A stretch of 64,000 nt of DNA from Perkinsus chesapeaki ATCC PRA-425 (Eukaryota; Protista; Perkinsozoa): contig JAAPAO010000001.1 of the NCBI GenBank assembly GCA_013115145.1, forward strand, positions 186,001 to 250,000, given 5' to 3'. This document shows, piece by piece, positions 1-12,826 of the stretch; position 1 is the first letter of the stretch; every line of letters starts with the position of its first letter. Under the pieces are notes generated by a model. The model was not told where the DNA came from and did no database searches. It was given only the letters and a program-made list of their open reading frames with translations. Position numbers and translations under genes: made by a program.

Positions 1-478
1 ACAGGAACACTATCGGCCCCTGGGGGTAGGATGGCAGCGCCATCCCAGCTGCCTGCTTCGCCGGAGAGACCTAGGGTAGGGCTGGCTCCAAAGGCTGTTG
101 CCTTATTAACTGAGTAGTCGACTGGACGATTGGCGTATGGAGATGTCAGAGCTTACTCTCCCCAAAGGACAGGGTGGCAGCAGCAGCAGCAGCAGCCAAT
201 GGCAACCATGCCGCACTGTAGGGCCATCACGGTACCGTGAACACTATATGTGGGCAGATTTCCTTCCGCCTCCATTGTCTCCTCAAGCATCAGCTGTCCC
301 GTTGCCTACAAGGAACTATGTCCCTGTTCTTCAATCGTCGTGTGGTAGATACTCTCCTCAGTACCCCTCCCCACAGGTAAGCGTGCCATCGCTGCTGCTA
401 GCATGACTTGTTGGTCAGAGGATGGGTTCCTCACCTATCCCTCCGATGCCCATACCTATTGTTAGGAGGCCCCAGTGA
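1..478 (+). CDS. 3' end of a Pro/Gln/Ser-rich low-complexity protein (gene starts before the window)
   Basis: Spliced frame TGTLSAPGGRMAAPS...DFLPPPLSPQAS...YPSPQ|RMGSSPIPPMPIPIVRRPQ*; GT-AG introns, e.g. 377-418; no recognisable domain. Confidence 0.5.
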
Positions 479-570
479 TGATGCTCATGTTGCTTTTACG
501 GCTGGTGTTACACAACCATGGGTTGAGTTGTAGTAGCTTTGAGTACCATAAATAGCGTGTTTGTTACTCC

Positions 571-1447
571 ATGGGCCGTGCCAAGAAGGGCAGTAAAGCA
601 CCGCCGACATCACGGAGCGTACGTAACAATAGGTCCACGGGTCGACAGCTTTTTCGAACTCATCAGGCTATAGTGCTGTCAACTGGGGACATCTTGGATG
701 CCGCTCGAGACCTAAGGGAGCTGCCAGTAACCTTGGGGGACAACATCACCTTTCATCGAGGTGGCAAACTTTCCAAGGCTATATTAGACAAGATAATCGA
801 TATTACTAGAGATAATATGAAGGTCTTCTTGGAGTCGTCGCCTAGTACAAGTTGATTGCTTCATCAGAGCTCCTACGACGCGGCCCTTGGATGGGACAAT
901 TGGGATGATCATGTTAAGAGGGATGAGATGACGCATAAGAACTCACGTTTCTTGCTCGAATGGAAAAGTGCTGCTGCTGTTGAATTCCCTGCAACCTTTT
1001 CACGTACTTGTCAGATTCTACACTGCCTCATTCCCCCGACGACCTTGTGGCATTCGTGCACTTTCGCTTTGAAAGAGCAGATGACGACGATCAGGAATCC
1101 GTAGCAACGCCCTTCTCTGCGCTTAACAGGCTTGTTCAGGTCCTCTATGTGTATGAGATACAAGTAGTGCCCTCCCATCAACGACAAGGAGTTGGTCGAC
1201 AGCTCATGCAGCTCGTTGAATCTATTGCTGTCCAATTGGGAATAGATAAGGTGAACATCTCGCCAGCTACTCCTATGCAGCGCCTCACGGCCCCCCTTAG
1301 ATTATGCTTACCTGCCTCAAGAATCGTCCAGAAGGGCTTGCCTTTTATAAATCCAAATTGCACTACGAGCTGCATAGGTCAAGTCCTGAGATATGCGGTC
1401 AGCCGAGCCCTGCATATGAGATACTCCACAAAGATATGCGGAAATGA
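571..1447 (+). CDS. NAA40: N-alpha-acetyltransferase 40 (NatD, GNAT family), multi-exon
   Basis: Spliced: DITRDNMK..GWDNWDDHVKRDEM..LVAFVHFRF..VLYVYEIQV..QRQGVGRQLM (GNAT motif A)..IMLTCLKN..GLAFY..AYEILHK*, matching the NAA40/Nat4 pattern. Confidence 0.88.
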
Positions 1448-1492
1448 AGGCGAACTAGTGAATTATTAAATTGAACGAATGCTCTCCTGCAC

Positions 1493-2570
1493 ATGTCCAC
1501 CGCCGCTATTGGCGCTAGTGTTGCGTTATATACCGTTCAAATCTGTTCTCGTATAGTTGGGAGGCGCCAGTGCTCCAGCGTCTCAGAAAGGCCAGCAATT
1601 TCGGACTATTTGCCCCCACTAGAGCAACGACGGGATCGCCGCCGCCGTCCTGGCTCCATTTCGGGCTTCTTCACCTGGGCACATGACAAGTTCATGGAGA
1701 GGCCTTTGCTGAATGGGATGGTTTTAGTTAACTGTAAAATACTTCCGCGCGGACGCTAATACCACCATCCTCTTCAGGCATTGTGTACGGGGCTTGGAGA
1801 TGCACAGCCTTCAGTTTTCGGGTTACCCCGCGGGAAGGTGAACGTCTGCGGCGGTTTCTTATGAATAATTTCACATGTTCATGGGATGACCTAGTAACCA
1901 AAGGACGATGGCATCAGAGCATCTTATACGGTAAGGCTCACTATGCTCGTCGTGGTAATTGATGCTGCTGCTTTGGCGGCCAGTACAGGTTTCTCTCACA
2001 TCACATTTCCTCACTTCATATTCAACACTTGGTTGCTTTACTTCATTGGTCGTCCCTTATACGACCGTTTAGGAAGCGAGAAGGAGTTTGGGGCGATGTA
2101 AGTTTGAAGTGCTGGTGATGGTATCAGTTTCCACATGGCTCAGATACGTCTCAGGATTGTTAGCGGGTGCACTTGCCGAAACCCTGGCGTGTCGTAATCG
2201 CACGACGCCTCTAGTTGGAGCTAGTTCTGGTGTTATGGCTCTCCTGGCAAGCCTTTCCGTTCTCGAGCCGAATAGGTGAATAAACAGCAGACTTTCGAGG
2301 TGCATTGATCTCCTTTTAGATGGTGGTACATGCTATTCCCAATACCAGGAGCCACACTGTCATCCATGCAGTTAGCCGACATTAATTTAGCAGTACACCT
2401 CGTAGCAGCTCCAGCTGTCCTCTATCGCCAGTGAGTCCTCAACGACCCACTACTATCTACCAGCTTGCCTCAGGTTTTCACGAAGGTTCCCTCCGCGGTA
2501 CGGAAGCAACGTAGCTTATATCGGCCATCTTGGTGGTATTTTCGCTGGATACTTTGCTACTAAAGTGTAG
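1493..2570 (+). CDS. Rhomboid intramembrane serine protease, PARL-like, multi-exon
   Basis: FSHITFPHFIFNTWLLYFIG (HxxxN helix), catalytic GASSG, catalytic His in AYIGHLGG; Arg/Ser-rich N-terminus resembling a mitochondrial presequence. Confidence 0.88.
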
Positions 2571-2596
2571 GCTATCTTTGAGACTATGCTTAAGCG

Positions 2597-2944
2597 ATGT
2601 CTTCGTCTGTCAGGATACAGTGGCGTCATCGTAATGATAAAAGTTTCCCTCATGAGAGTTGGTGGGACTCGCACAAGAGATATGCCTTGTTGCACTGGAG
2701 GTGACATCTCCTCGCATTATTCGGTGATTTAATTTTTGAAATATGTAGATTCTCGGCGGAAGATGCCGATGATCTTGGAGAGTGGATGCGGTGTTGGTAT
2801 AGGGCCCGGCAGGCATATAATGCCAATGAACGACGGTAGGGCTCGGGCAGCATCAAGCATAAGTCGTCCTGTTTTAGGTATTACCGACGAAAAATGGAAG
2901 TGATATCCGAGAGGAGACGATTAAGACGATCCGCTCTTAGTTGA
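2597..2944 (+). CDS. Small 85-aa basic Trp/Arg-rich hypothetical protein (3 exons, absent from the ORF track)
   Basis: Exons 2597-2700, 2749-2835, 2878-2944 joined by GT-AG introns give 258 nt in one open frame: MSSSVRIQWRHRNDKSFPHESWWDSHKRYALLHWRFSAEDADDLGEWMRCWYRARQAYNANERRYYRRKMEVISERRRLRRSALS*. Confidence 0.7.
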
Positions 2945-3242
2945 TATAAGTGTTGTTTTATAATCAGTTTGCATCTACTACCAAGTTACATTCACCTTCA
3001 TCGTTATGTTGTGTTACAACACACGTCAGTGGCTTACCGATACTGTATTATCGCCGCATAAAACGAGTTGCTCGGAGTAGCATACGGCGCCAGGAAATGC
3101 CTATAGTTTCGTCTGGAGTCCAGACTCTGCACTACTTCCTGGGGCTTTAGCGATGGCTATCATGAGATGTTAGATTAAAGAATCTCAACAACAGCAACCT
3201 CTGAAAAGATTCCAGGGCCACAGATTGTGACCAACAATGGTC

Positions 3243-3644
3243 CTAGTTGTGGACATGGATTATCTCGGTCCCGTTAATCATGATAGTAACCAGACCGTAG
3301 AAGCTGTTGTACTTCAACTCTTCCCACTCTCTTCTGTCCAGATGATAAGTCTCCAGGAAGAGATCTAAACTGGATGAGCATTGGTCAACACTGATCACAT
3401 CGGGTCGACACTCGTCATACTTGTAGGGAATCGTCGCGCCGTCGTACATGATCGTACCATTGTGCATAGCCCCAACAGTGAAAGTACCACTTGACTGGTG
3501 ATTCGCCTCGAACACGATGAAACAGAACGCTTCGGAGTGGAAGCAAGCTGTATTGATATATAAGCCATGGGGAGGATAGTTCTGTTCACGGACTGCCAAG
3601 CTGGTAAGGCCCAAGAGATACATATACATACAATTGGTCATCAT
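3243..3644 (-). CDS. Small secreted protein, lineage-specific family, paralog 1 (intronless)
   Basis: Hydrophobic N-terminus; aligns with 5808-6185 (PxGxYIN, GTF, YDGAxIPYKYDE, FLxxYHLxxxEWxELKY, NGTEIxH). Confidence 0.8.
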   Translation of the reverse strand: MMTNCMYMYLLGLTSLAVREQNYPPHGLYINTACFHSEAFCFIVFEANHQSSGTFTVGAMHNGTIMYDGATIPYKYDECRPDVISVDQCSSSLDLFLETYHLDRREWEELKYNSFYGLVTIMINGTEIIHVHN

Positions 3645-5807
3645 GTTTAGTATCAGTAATTCAACGATTTCGTGGTAACTCGAACTGCTAAGCCTTCGCA
3701 GCTGTGCGGCCAAGCACGCAGTGAGAGGTAAATATGAAGTGGAAAGGGAGCGTGCAGCCATTGGTCATTTACGTGAGCAATGAGTTGGACGTTTGCTTCG
3801 AACTGTTCATTGTTCACCTTTTCATCTCCCTATCTGTATTTATGTTGAGTCCCCCCCAGTGGTCAGGCGACCGTACGCATGGCTATATCAGATCCTTATT
3901 AATAAGGAATCGTGGATGATGTTTGTGTGGACCCACAGTTAACGCCTGCGATTGCCCATAGGGGTAAACCTCCGCACAAAGGTTGTTTAAAGGGTCCTAG
4001 TCGGTCATTTCCACTTATTATTGTATCGTTAATTTGGTCCAGTGGCAACATTAGAGCTACTAACATCTTCACTTAAGTACAGTTCTACTTTTCCTTTCAA
4101 GACCCTCTTTAGATTGTCAAGGGAACAACAGCATGGCGGCACATGAGAGTTTGCCCGCGCAACAGGTAGACGCAACGATCGATTAAAGCTTAATAAAGTC
4201 AGCATTTATCTCAGCATTGTGAGCATTTACCAAAGACGATGGTCTGCGCGGAAGGCAGTACACCCACCTGTGGTCCTCCTAGTGAAAGCGATTAACACGA
4301 ACAAGACTGTACGACTGTGTAGTGCTATTAAAACTGCAACTTTTAGCAGCACCCGGATGGGACCAACGTCACTAAAGTCTTCTTCTTCGAGGAGACTCCA
4401 CATATTGATGTCGTGTGCCCACTAGGCATGACGAGCTATGATGATAAGTTATGTAGGTTTCAGTATATCTGCCTTTTGTGTCGTTTGTGCGGCGGCTCCA
4501 TCTGTGGATCTCGCTCGCCTTGTGACCGCGCTATGAGTATGCGTGCTGTTAATTGTACTAGATAACTATTAGATAACTGCATTTGGTGATGACTAGCATG
4601 TAGTCGTAGATGTGAGTTATATTTGTTTTAGGCAGTTGTTATTTGAAACTTACTTTGAGAGAGTTTCGCTCGTAAGAGCTGCCCCCAGTGATTGTTTCGT
4701 CTCATCGATCCCCTCACTGCGTGTACTCCGTTCTGGTTATCGACTCTACTCGGTTATTAGAACGCAGGCCTCAAAGGACAAGTATCTGGTTTATTGCTTT
4801 GCGCGTTTGAGTTGGTTACAGTTCTACGGAACAGCAATATGTAAACGCGATGCTGTGGGATGAGTGCGGTCCCCCCGATAAAGAGTCCCTGTCACCTCAG
4901 ACATCGAAACACGAGCCATTAGAATCGTAAAACGACATGATGCGCGAGATAGACTCTATCTGATAGAGGTCATCAGCGGGGCTTGTTGAATATCAGGGAA
5001 GTTAACACTGTCATTGCTGCAATGAACTATGAGCCGTGTTGCGTCATATTTAAACGTCAGCGCACCATTAGGTAAGCATACTTTCGGGTATATACTGTAT
5101 ACAGAAGCCAAGGTCGCCAGAATGTGCGCTCGTCGATGACGAACTACACGCTTCCTCCGTTTCTGATAATGTTGGCAACGAAAGGACTCGTCGAGCCCGA
5201 CTCAGAGTAGGTGAGAGAGTTTTATTCAGAAGGCTTATTGTGTGGACTTTTGTTACTCTTGTTCAGAAGACTGTTGTGGTACGGCTTCGGGCTGATTGTG
5301 AGCGGAACCATGAACCGAGGCTTCGTCTTCTAACTCAACACTAGTTCTGCCTGATGGATGATCGCTCATCTAGCGCTTGTAGTGATAATGTTTGACCAGG
5401 AAACAAGAACAATGAAAAAACCCAAGTATAAAGCGTTTCCCAAGTTCCTAAAGCCTCATACAAGGTCATAGCTAATCATCAACAACTAATCGGTCCCATC
5501 ACATACAGCTAAACTTGGGGTTCCTAAACGGAACGACTATTACTAACATAAAGTCTGATTAAGATTTACCAAACGCCATCAATCACTTTACTAACCTGAT
5601 CATAACTATAAATCATAAGACATTAGATCTATACCATTAGCTACCATCTCCATGAAATCCGATAAAATCATTACATGAACCAAAGTGTTATTTTAGTGGC
5701 ACTACCAGCACCTGTACGGTCCGGCAGAGGCGATAAAATAAAATAGATAAAATAGGGTCATACAAAGCAATGAATAGAACGCCAGTCTGGACCCAGCCTG
5801 GCAGAGT

Positions 5808-6185
5808 CTAATCGTGATAATGAACTATCTCGGTCCCATTTACACTGATGATGACTTTGCCTTTGAACTCATCATACTTCAGTTCCTTCCATTCGTCCTC
5901 ACACAAATGGTACTTGTTCAAGAAGGCGTGAAGCACTGGGGATGACTGGTCGAGTGTAATGACAAGAGGATTGCGCTCATCATACTTATACGGAATCCCT
6001 GCACCATCATAAAGAGTCGTTTCTTCCGACCTGCCTCCAAGATCGAAAGTACCAGTTGAAACTGACTTATTATCAGGGAATAACATCCAGTAGAAGCGGT
6101 CATACACTGTAGCATTGATGTATATTCCATTAGGTGCCGCTATAGCATAGCCACAGAACCCGAAGAACCAAACCGGAATGATCAT
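5808..6185 (-). CDS. Small secreted protein, lineage-specific family, paralog 2 (intronless, 125 aa)
   Basis: Signal-peptide-like MIIPVWFFGFCGYAIAA; clear paralog of 3243-3644. Confidence 0.82.
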   Translation of the reverse strand: MIIPVWFFGFCGYAIAAPNGIYINATVYDRFYWMLFPDNKSVSTGTFDLGGRSEETTLYDGAGIPYKYDERNPLVITLDQSSPVLHAFLNKYHLCEDEWKELKYDEFKGKVIISVNGTEIVHYHD

Positions 6186-6933
6186 TGGCGCAATGCTTTT
6201 TCGGAACTTAAAATTAGTCTTAAATTAACCTTGTCACGAGCACGCGTGCTGCAGGGATGGTGTGCAATATTAGTAGAACGCATTGGAAAGAGCCAGCATT
6301 ATCCCTGGATCTCATGTTGGGGCAGCGTTATGGCTTTTGATGTACTGTATATGAATAAACTACGTTAAGGATGTATGAGCGTTGCAAACCAACGTTTTCA
6401 TCCTTTTGTAGACGGTCGCTGCCGCAGCCTAGGTTACACGCCATGTGCTTCCTCAGGAAGTGTTGCTAGTAGGACTCTGCGTTCTCCTCGCTGGTGTCGT
6501 CGGAAGCTAAGATATCGTATATAGATCGAGTCCGGCCACGGATAGCTGAAAGTCTCTCCGTTCCTCTGCTGGTGTACTCAGTCACGGGCGCCCCCCTGTG
6601 AAGGCGTGGCGCATATCTTGTGGAATCCTCTAATGTGCACGCGAACGGTTAGAATGTCTAGTGCAGCGTCATGTGGCCCTGAACCGAGTCTTCACCGTGA
6701 CAACTCTAACACTTCGGGGTGTTTTGGTTACTCATTAGGAAATGAGATGAATAACGACTAATGCGAGCACAGATATCAGGCACAGCGCCTACAACTACCC
6801 GAACTATGAATGATTACCGAGTGTTCTTATACACGCAAGCGCATCGCCTAAACTGAACGCAGAGAGGCCATGGAGCGGCGCGTCGCGCCTGTGGGCGAAC
6901 AGCCTTTCTCGCGGAGAGCGGGGTCTCGCACAA

Positions 6934-7246
6934 ATGAGCCATGACCAAACAGATAACAACAAAATGGATACCACTAGCGACCCAACGTGGTTGTTGGAAT
7001 TCCTGAGGTCAGACTCGCTATCTCGAGGTCTTCAACAAACAGAATGGTTAGAAAGCAGGCGCAGAGCCGCTCACCGTGCGGAGCACAAGTAGTGTAACGG
7101 CCAGCTGCTGCCCTAGACACTGCACTAGGCAAACAACAGTCTGGCATACGCGGAATGGTAACCAACAACTTATCGTGCCGCATTTCCCATCGGCCCGTTG
7201 TGAAACGATAGTGTCGTCATTTACCAGTGCGCTTGCACTTCTTTAA
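6934..7246 (+). CDS. Possible ~90-aa hypothetical protein (2 exons)
   Basis: Exons 6934-7088 and 7129-7246 join in frame across a 40-nt GT-AG intron; no homology recognised. Confidence 0.3.
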
Positions 7247-7297
7247 CAAATGCATTCTTAAGGTTGAAACTCATTCGTCAGTTAAGATGTTATTAAC

Positions 7298-9103
7298 CTA
7301 CTTGCCCTCATCATCGTCCTCAACTATACTGAGATCGGCGAGCTTCACTGCACTTTCGTAGGTTTTAGCTCCACCAATGAAGCCACTTGCGTGGACCTAA
7401 AATGAAAGCCAATGGAAGTCCAGCTCACCCACGTCGTGAGGAGCTTACGAAAATCAAATCATCAACTCCAGCAACCTTAGATAGATCCTCATCACGTACG
7501 CCTCGAAAACGGGATGGCAATGGCTTCCGGGAAAGGAAATTGTGGCCCTCGACCTGATAGTGTGAAGATACACAATTCTAGCATAATGAGAGGCTGGACG
7601 AAGCAGCACTCACCCCAACAGCTTGGACCCGATACCCTCCGGTAGCATCCGCATAAATAACGTATAATATGCCTACATCAATTCCAATGAGACAGTAAAG
7701 GATACGGTCAACGTACTGGAACTGTCAGCTTTACGTTTTGTGGCATCCCCATTCTTCGAAGCTTCCGTTGCTAGGCCCTTTTCCCGTTCAATATCGTAAA
7801 GGTGCTCAGCAAACGGGCAGCCATGAGAGAGATGAATTACCCTCCCAGAGGGATGGACCTGCCACCACCTTCATACACCGCGCACCTTACAACTCCGTTT
7901 CGGACCTCAAATCGCTTTGCAATGGCCTCTTCGACTATCTCCCTGGCCGGCAAGAAGCTCAATAGAATGGTCTCTATCTGCGCCGACAGCTCTTCCTCGC
8001 ATATTGCCATGGCTTGCCTAATAAGATCGACCAATGAGAATAGCTGGCAGATTCCATGGAGTACCTGAACCTCTGGGCTTCGATCTCCGCGTTAACTTCC
8101 GGTTCGTTCCATCTAGGGTTCTTACGACTCACTCTCGATGCCAAGTCAGTGAATACGCGATATCTGCTATAGGGCTCACACATTGCATCCAACAGCAGTG
8201 TCCTCACCTGGCCGCTTCCTCAGCGATTGGAACACCATTGTCAATAGCATCTACGGACTCTAACGGGACAGAGAGTCGAGCGCTTGAAAAGGGTATTCAC
8301 ATCTCACCTATGAAGTCGTTGTAAAGCTTTCTATAGAGAATATCCAGCTTCCTATCTTCGGCTACGCCGTAGACGGTACGCAGCATTTCTCGGCCAAAAT
8401 ATCTAACACCCCTTCCCATGATAACTATAAAGTAAGCTCACTTGTAGACGAGGCCTGCGCTGCTGAGCTTGGAAACACGATCCTCGGTATCGAATTTTTC
8501 AGTGAAGGTTCGCTGGTGATGATCAAACCGACACCGGGCAGGATCTGCCAGGCCATGTCAAGGTAGTCCCAAACGATATTTATTACCGAACTCGGCACCG
8601 ACATCGATCACCACATCCGCTTTATTAATGATATCAGGATTCCTTGTTCGTACTAATTCTAAAAACGAGAGGAAGGGTCCCAAGAACACAGAGGATGTCG
8701 AAACCCGAATGGTGGTACTGTGAGTTGGCATAACGGGGAGATGATAGGAACGGTTCTACATATAGAGTTTCATGAAGCAAGTAGTGTTTAACAGTAACTA
8801 CTCCGTTCTAGCTTGCTCCCCGAATATCGCGATTATCATCATCACCACCAAACGAGAGCAACCTCACGTTTGCGTGCTTTACATATACAATGTGGAGGTG
8901 GCGCATTAATGAGATCTAACAGGGTCACCACAAGCCCACTTTGAAGCCCTTTACACTGTCTCCCCATTAGTATTACTGTAATTCTTATCTCCACCAAGTA
9001 TCTTATCCAGCATTACTGTACCAAGCACCTCATCACAGTGGAACTTACCACTATGAGTGGCAATGGTTAAAGGTCGAACCGACGGTAAAGTAGCCGATGA
9101 CAT
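7298..9103 (-). CDS. MYG1: MYG1 (UPF0160) DHH-type 3'-5' RNA exonuclease, multi-exon
   Basis: THSGKFHCDE, DVG, FDHHQ, KLSSAGLVYKYFG, DAIDNG and FVHASGFIGG motifs in order across short introns. Confidence 0.93.
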
Positions 9104-9189
9104 TGTAACAAGTGGGACTGATCTTACTCTTCCAGTTTAGAAGAACACAACCACCCCATCCCCAGAAACACTATTAACCGCCATGCTAA

Positions 9190-10184
9190 TCACCACTTGG
9201 CATTCCAGCTCAAGGATTCCCGATGGCTTATGTCAGTTCTTCGTCCATCTGTAACGAGCCGTCGAGGCTCCGGTGGAAGGTTGTAGATATGATATGGACT
9301 GTCGTCGCCTCGTTTGCGAGCTAATCGGGACATAACCCTCCGAACATGGTATCTGTCTCACCTTGCTTTTCGGCAATAACATCAGCCTCTCGTTGGTCGT
9401 GGGGCATGCTGACGTACCAGGACACATAAACATTCCAAAGGAACGAACAACAACCGTGGAAGAAGTTACGTAGATGAGGGGCAATAATAAGGTAATTAAC
9501 CGTCTGACAGATTGGTATCACTATCAAGGCATCCCGGTACCTATCAACACCAACAACCACACTACGGCGAAATGACTCTCCCTTGCCAAGTACAGGAGGG
9601 GCCAATCCTCCATTATCCGCTGCAGTGTATGGTCAGCATTGGGGTACCTCCCCCAGGCGTTGAAGCCTATTAATGATGCAAAATATCTAACAACGCTATC
9701 AACAATTAGCAAGTCCCCCATCTTACATCGGTGTGAGAGTGACCATCTCCGTGGCCAATTTGGTGAGCCACCATTTTCTACCAGGCAACCGTGGTTCCAC
9801 TATAAATGCCCAGAGACCATTCAAGGGTAACTAAGAGCCTCTAATCCCCCCAAGGTAGTTTGGCAGATCATTACCATGCAAACACTACCAGCTGCAGCGA
9901 ATATAAACGTCCTGTCCCAATCAGGCTCCTCTATCTTGCCTGTTGTCATCCACTGCGCACTGACATCCGATGCCCCCATAATAGCAAAGGAATAGACTGA
10001 GTGTGCCGCAGTAAGCAGAGCAGTAGGAGGCGAAGGTATTACATGTCCGTCTGGCAATAGCCTTCATCTTATCGACACTCTCAGGATTACCAAACTTTTG
10101 CCGAATCATCATCGACCATCGTCCAAAGGAACGGAACGCCGCTGCTCTGCCACCAGACGATTTCGGCAAGAAAGCAGCTCCCAT
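9190..10184 (-). CDS. Mpv17/PMP22 family membrane protein, multi-exon
   Basis: GASDVSAQW (GDxxAQ-like), DWDRT, PICQTVNYLIIAPHLRNFFHGCCSFLWNVYVS (C-terminal Mpv17 motif); 3' end approximate. Confidence 0.8.
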
Positions 10185-10297
10185 CAAAGTTGGAAAAAAT
10201 GCGCCTTTCTGGCAGGATGAGATAAGCGTTGAGGAAATACAAGTGAGTGCAAGATTGGCAAGATCTTATGAGCACGGTACAAATTTTTGTTCGCATT

Positions 10298-10812
10298 ATG
10301 GCGACCAAAAAGGAAGTGAACCAAGTCCATGAGATGACGCAGTAACGCCTCCTACTGTTACCATTATTATCGATAATAATCATCAGGTGGAAACAGAGAG
10401 TTGAAGGGGAAATGAAATCCGCCCAGGAATGGGAGGATAACTGGTCGTTCCTAGTGTACGCATGAAGCTAAGATACTCCAGTCATTTTGTAATGTTCAGG
10501 AAGAAAAGCTCGATGGTTGATGGTAAACAGACAGGGCTATCGGATGATGCTGAAGGTGCTGCCGATGGTGGCCTAAACCCCGTCAAAAGCATTGGTGATA
10601 ATACAGCCACTGATCTTGAACGGTGCAAGGTAATACGGAGCAATAATTAATGTGAATGTCCTTTACAGCATATGCGACGGTTGCCGCCTAAAGCCAAGTA
10701 CTTTAGACCATTGACAACTCAGCAGGAGCTCGGTTGGAGGCCACCTATCGAGCTTTTTGGGACCAATCTTGGACATAATATACAAAGGAACGATGAGCTA
10801 TGGGCTGACTGA
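10298..10812 (+). CDS. Small ciliary microtubule-inner-protein-like (C20orf85/CIMIP1- or FAM183-like), 4 exons
   Basis: Spliced MATKKEVNQVHEMTQWKQRVEGEMKSAQEWEDNWSFL...PKAKYFRPLTTQQELGWRPP; WxxNWxFL and PxTTQxxxGW resemble this family. Confidence 0.65.
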
Positions 10813-10912
10813 TGGGCATGGCAGATATCACAGTTGTCCAGCAATAACGGGTGTTGCGTTGCTTATAGGACTGGAACACTACAACGTGTGCCGACAATGA
10901 AACATATAAATG

Positions 10913-12769
10913 TTATTTCTTTTCCTTCCACGCCCCAGGCTGTTCCTTATGACCCGTCCAAACATCTCTAAGTTGATGGCTCCAAGATCTGCCCTTGCGT
11001 CCTCCTCCACCAGCAGCGGCCTGATAGAACACACTCCCCTTCCCCCCGGCGAGATAGACTACTTGATCATAGTCAACGGGAGGTACATCAGTAACAGGCC
11101 TTGTCGGCCCCACAGGATTAGCATGCGGTAGCTTTGGTACCACTTTCTTCAAAGCATCGTTATCTGAACAACCGCACCCCTTCTAAAACCCACTGTAACG
11201 TTCGCTTCGTGCTCGCTGCCTTCACCTCCCCATTAGTACATCTTTGATCCTCCTTTTCCGTTCTAGCCTGCTGTCTACCAGCTTCTATATCCTTATCAGC
11301 CTCACCTCGATCATCATCATCATGGTGATGATGAGCACCCATGATGCCAGTATCATTTAAAAGAGGGGGTACCAAAGAATCATAGCTCGAAGAGAGGTCT
11401 CCGTATCCAGACTGCACAGGCAACAACAGTATACTTCCACCACACCAACAGCAACAACTGACCTCTTGCCGGCCATTATCATCGCCAAGTCCATTAGGCC
11501 TCGAAGACGGCCAGAATACTATTACTATAAGGAGAGATGGCACCCATTCAGTAATACAATACACCTATCGGATGATGCCATATACCCCATCGGCCCCCCC
11601 CCTACTACCAGTGAATCCCAGGCTAACCGATCTACACTAGATGGGCCATATGTCGGAAGAACCCCTACGCCATACAGTAGACTAAGCATGCCTCTTACTA
11701 GGAATATTAGTGGGCATGTTAGAGTGAGGAGAAGCACCTATAGGAGGTTATTCAGAACAAGCTTGTCGACGACGTACTCTAGTGAGAACAGCATGGTTCC
11801 TGCTGGCTTCCGATGGCGACACGCCACCATATGATCGTTGCCTTCGTGACCTAGTCTTCAACTGACTGGCAACTTGTATCTGTAAAGTTGGATATTAATA
11901 ATATAATATAGATTCGGATGCTACACCGTAGTAGAAGAAGAACAAAGCACATATTATATAAAGGAGGCCCACTATGAAGAAGATGTACCTAAGTCTACAG
12001 TGGTGACGGTGTGGGGCGGTGAGGGGCGATCCTACTGGCTGTATTGATACCAAGCCTTAAGCAAGAATGTGACCACCGATACAATTAAAAACACACCGTA
12101 CCTGACAAAAAGGGATATAGAGATTGTACTGCACAGTGGTGGTTACACTGCAATGTTGATAAAAATGCATACTGGCCGTAGCAGAGGATATGAGACTAGT
12201 ATGGCAGCATAGTAGACCTAATAGTGTCTAAAGGGTGAATAGGCAATATTATAATACCTGGGCCCAGAACAGAACAACTACACTGTATGTTGACAGGAAT
12301 AATAATGATGGGAATACCATTAGAACGTAGTTGGTCCATCCCTGCCAAATGATAATATATAGGAGGATGATGGCTTAGTACCTGTACGCTATGTTCCCAT
12401 ATATGCTCCCTAACTTCATTATGCACTATAGCATCGATCACCATGCTTATTGCTCTGGCAAGATTAGCTATGCAAAGGCCAATAAGGAAGAGTCGACGAG
12501 TTCTACTCCCAGTGAGGGATACTGATGGAGCCTACCAAAGGGGATGGGGATAAGATAAGCCGTCGGTGGTAATACACTACAGCTTCCCCTCGCCTTTCCT
12601 CTCGTTTCTGCTTTATAAGCTGTCCTGCTGTCAACAGCACTATAATCATAAACAGTACTGTGTCACCATAGGCCAGCCATACTGCCTTGGCTGAATGCGG
12701 TGTGAATAATGGAAGGTCTTCGTAGCTCATATGGCCTTCTTCATATCCACTGGTGAAGTTGCTGGCCAT
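10913..12769 (-). CDS. TOM1/THH1/GPR137-like multi-pass membrane protein (DUF1084), multi-exon
   Basis: Several TM segments; VLMVFPSLLFLSTYSVVVLFWAQ matches the LPxLLFxSTYxxLVLFWA signature; low-complexity C-tail; end approximate. Confidence 0.75.
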
Positions 12770-12826
12770 TAAGTAGTTCGCACACCTCGAGCAACAACAA
12801 CTAGCACGCAACCGTTTTGCATCGAA

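Noticed and set aside
177-197. CAG/GTC microsatellites (also ~24255, ~34457, ~35200)
   Set aside because: Ordinary short trinucleotide runs, mostly coding poly-Gln, poly-Ala or poly-Ser.
4133-4570. Spliced ORF between the two small secreted paralogs
   Set aside because: In-frame TAA at 4293-4295, needs an implausibly short 30-nt intron, and no homology was recognised.
5400-5760. A/C-skewed AT-rich tract as a NUMT or viral relic
   Set aside because: All frames are blocked and there is no recognisable cox/cob or viral motif.
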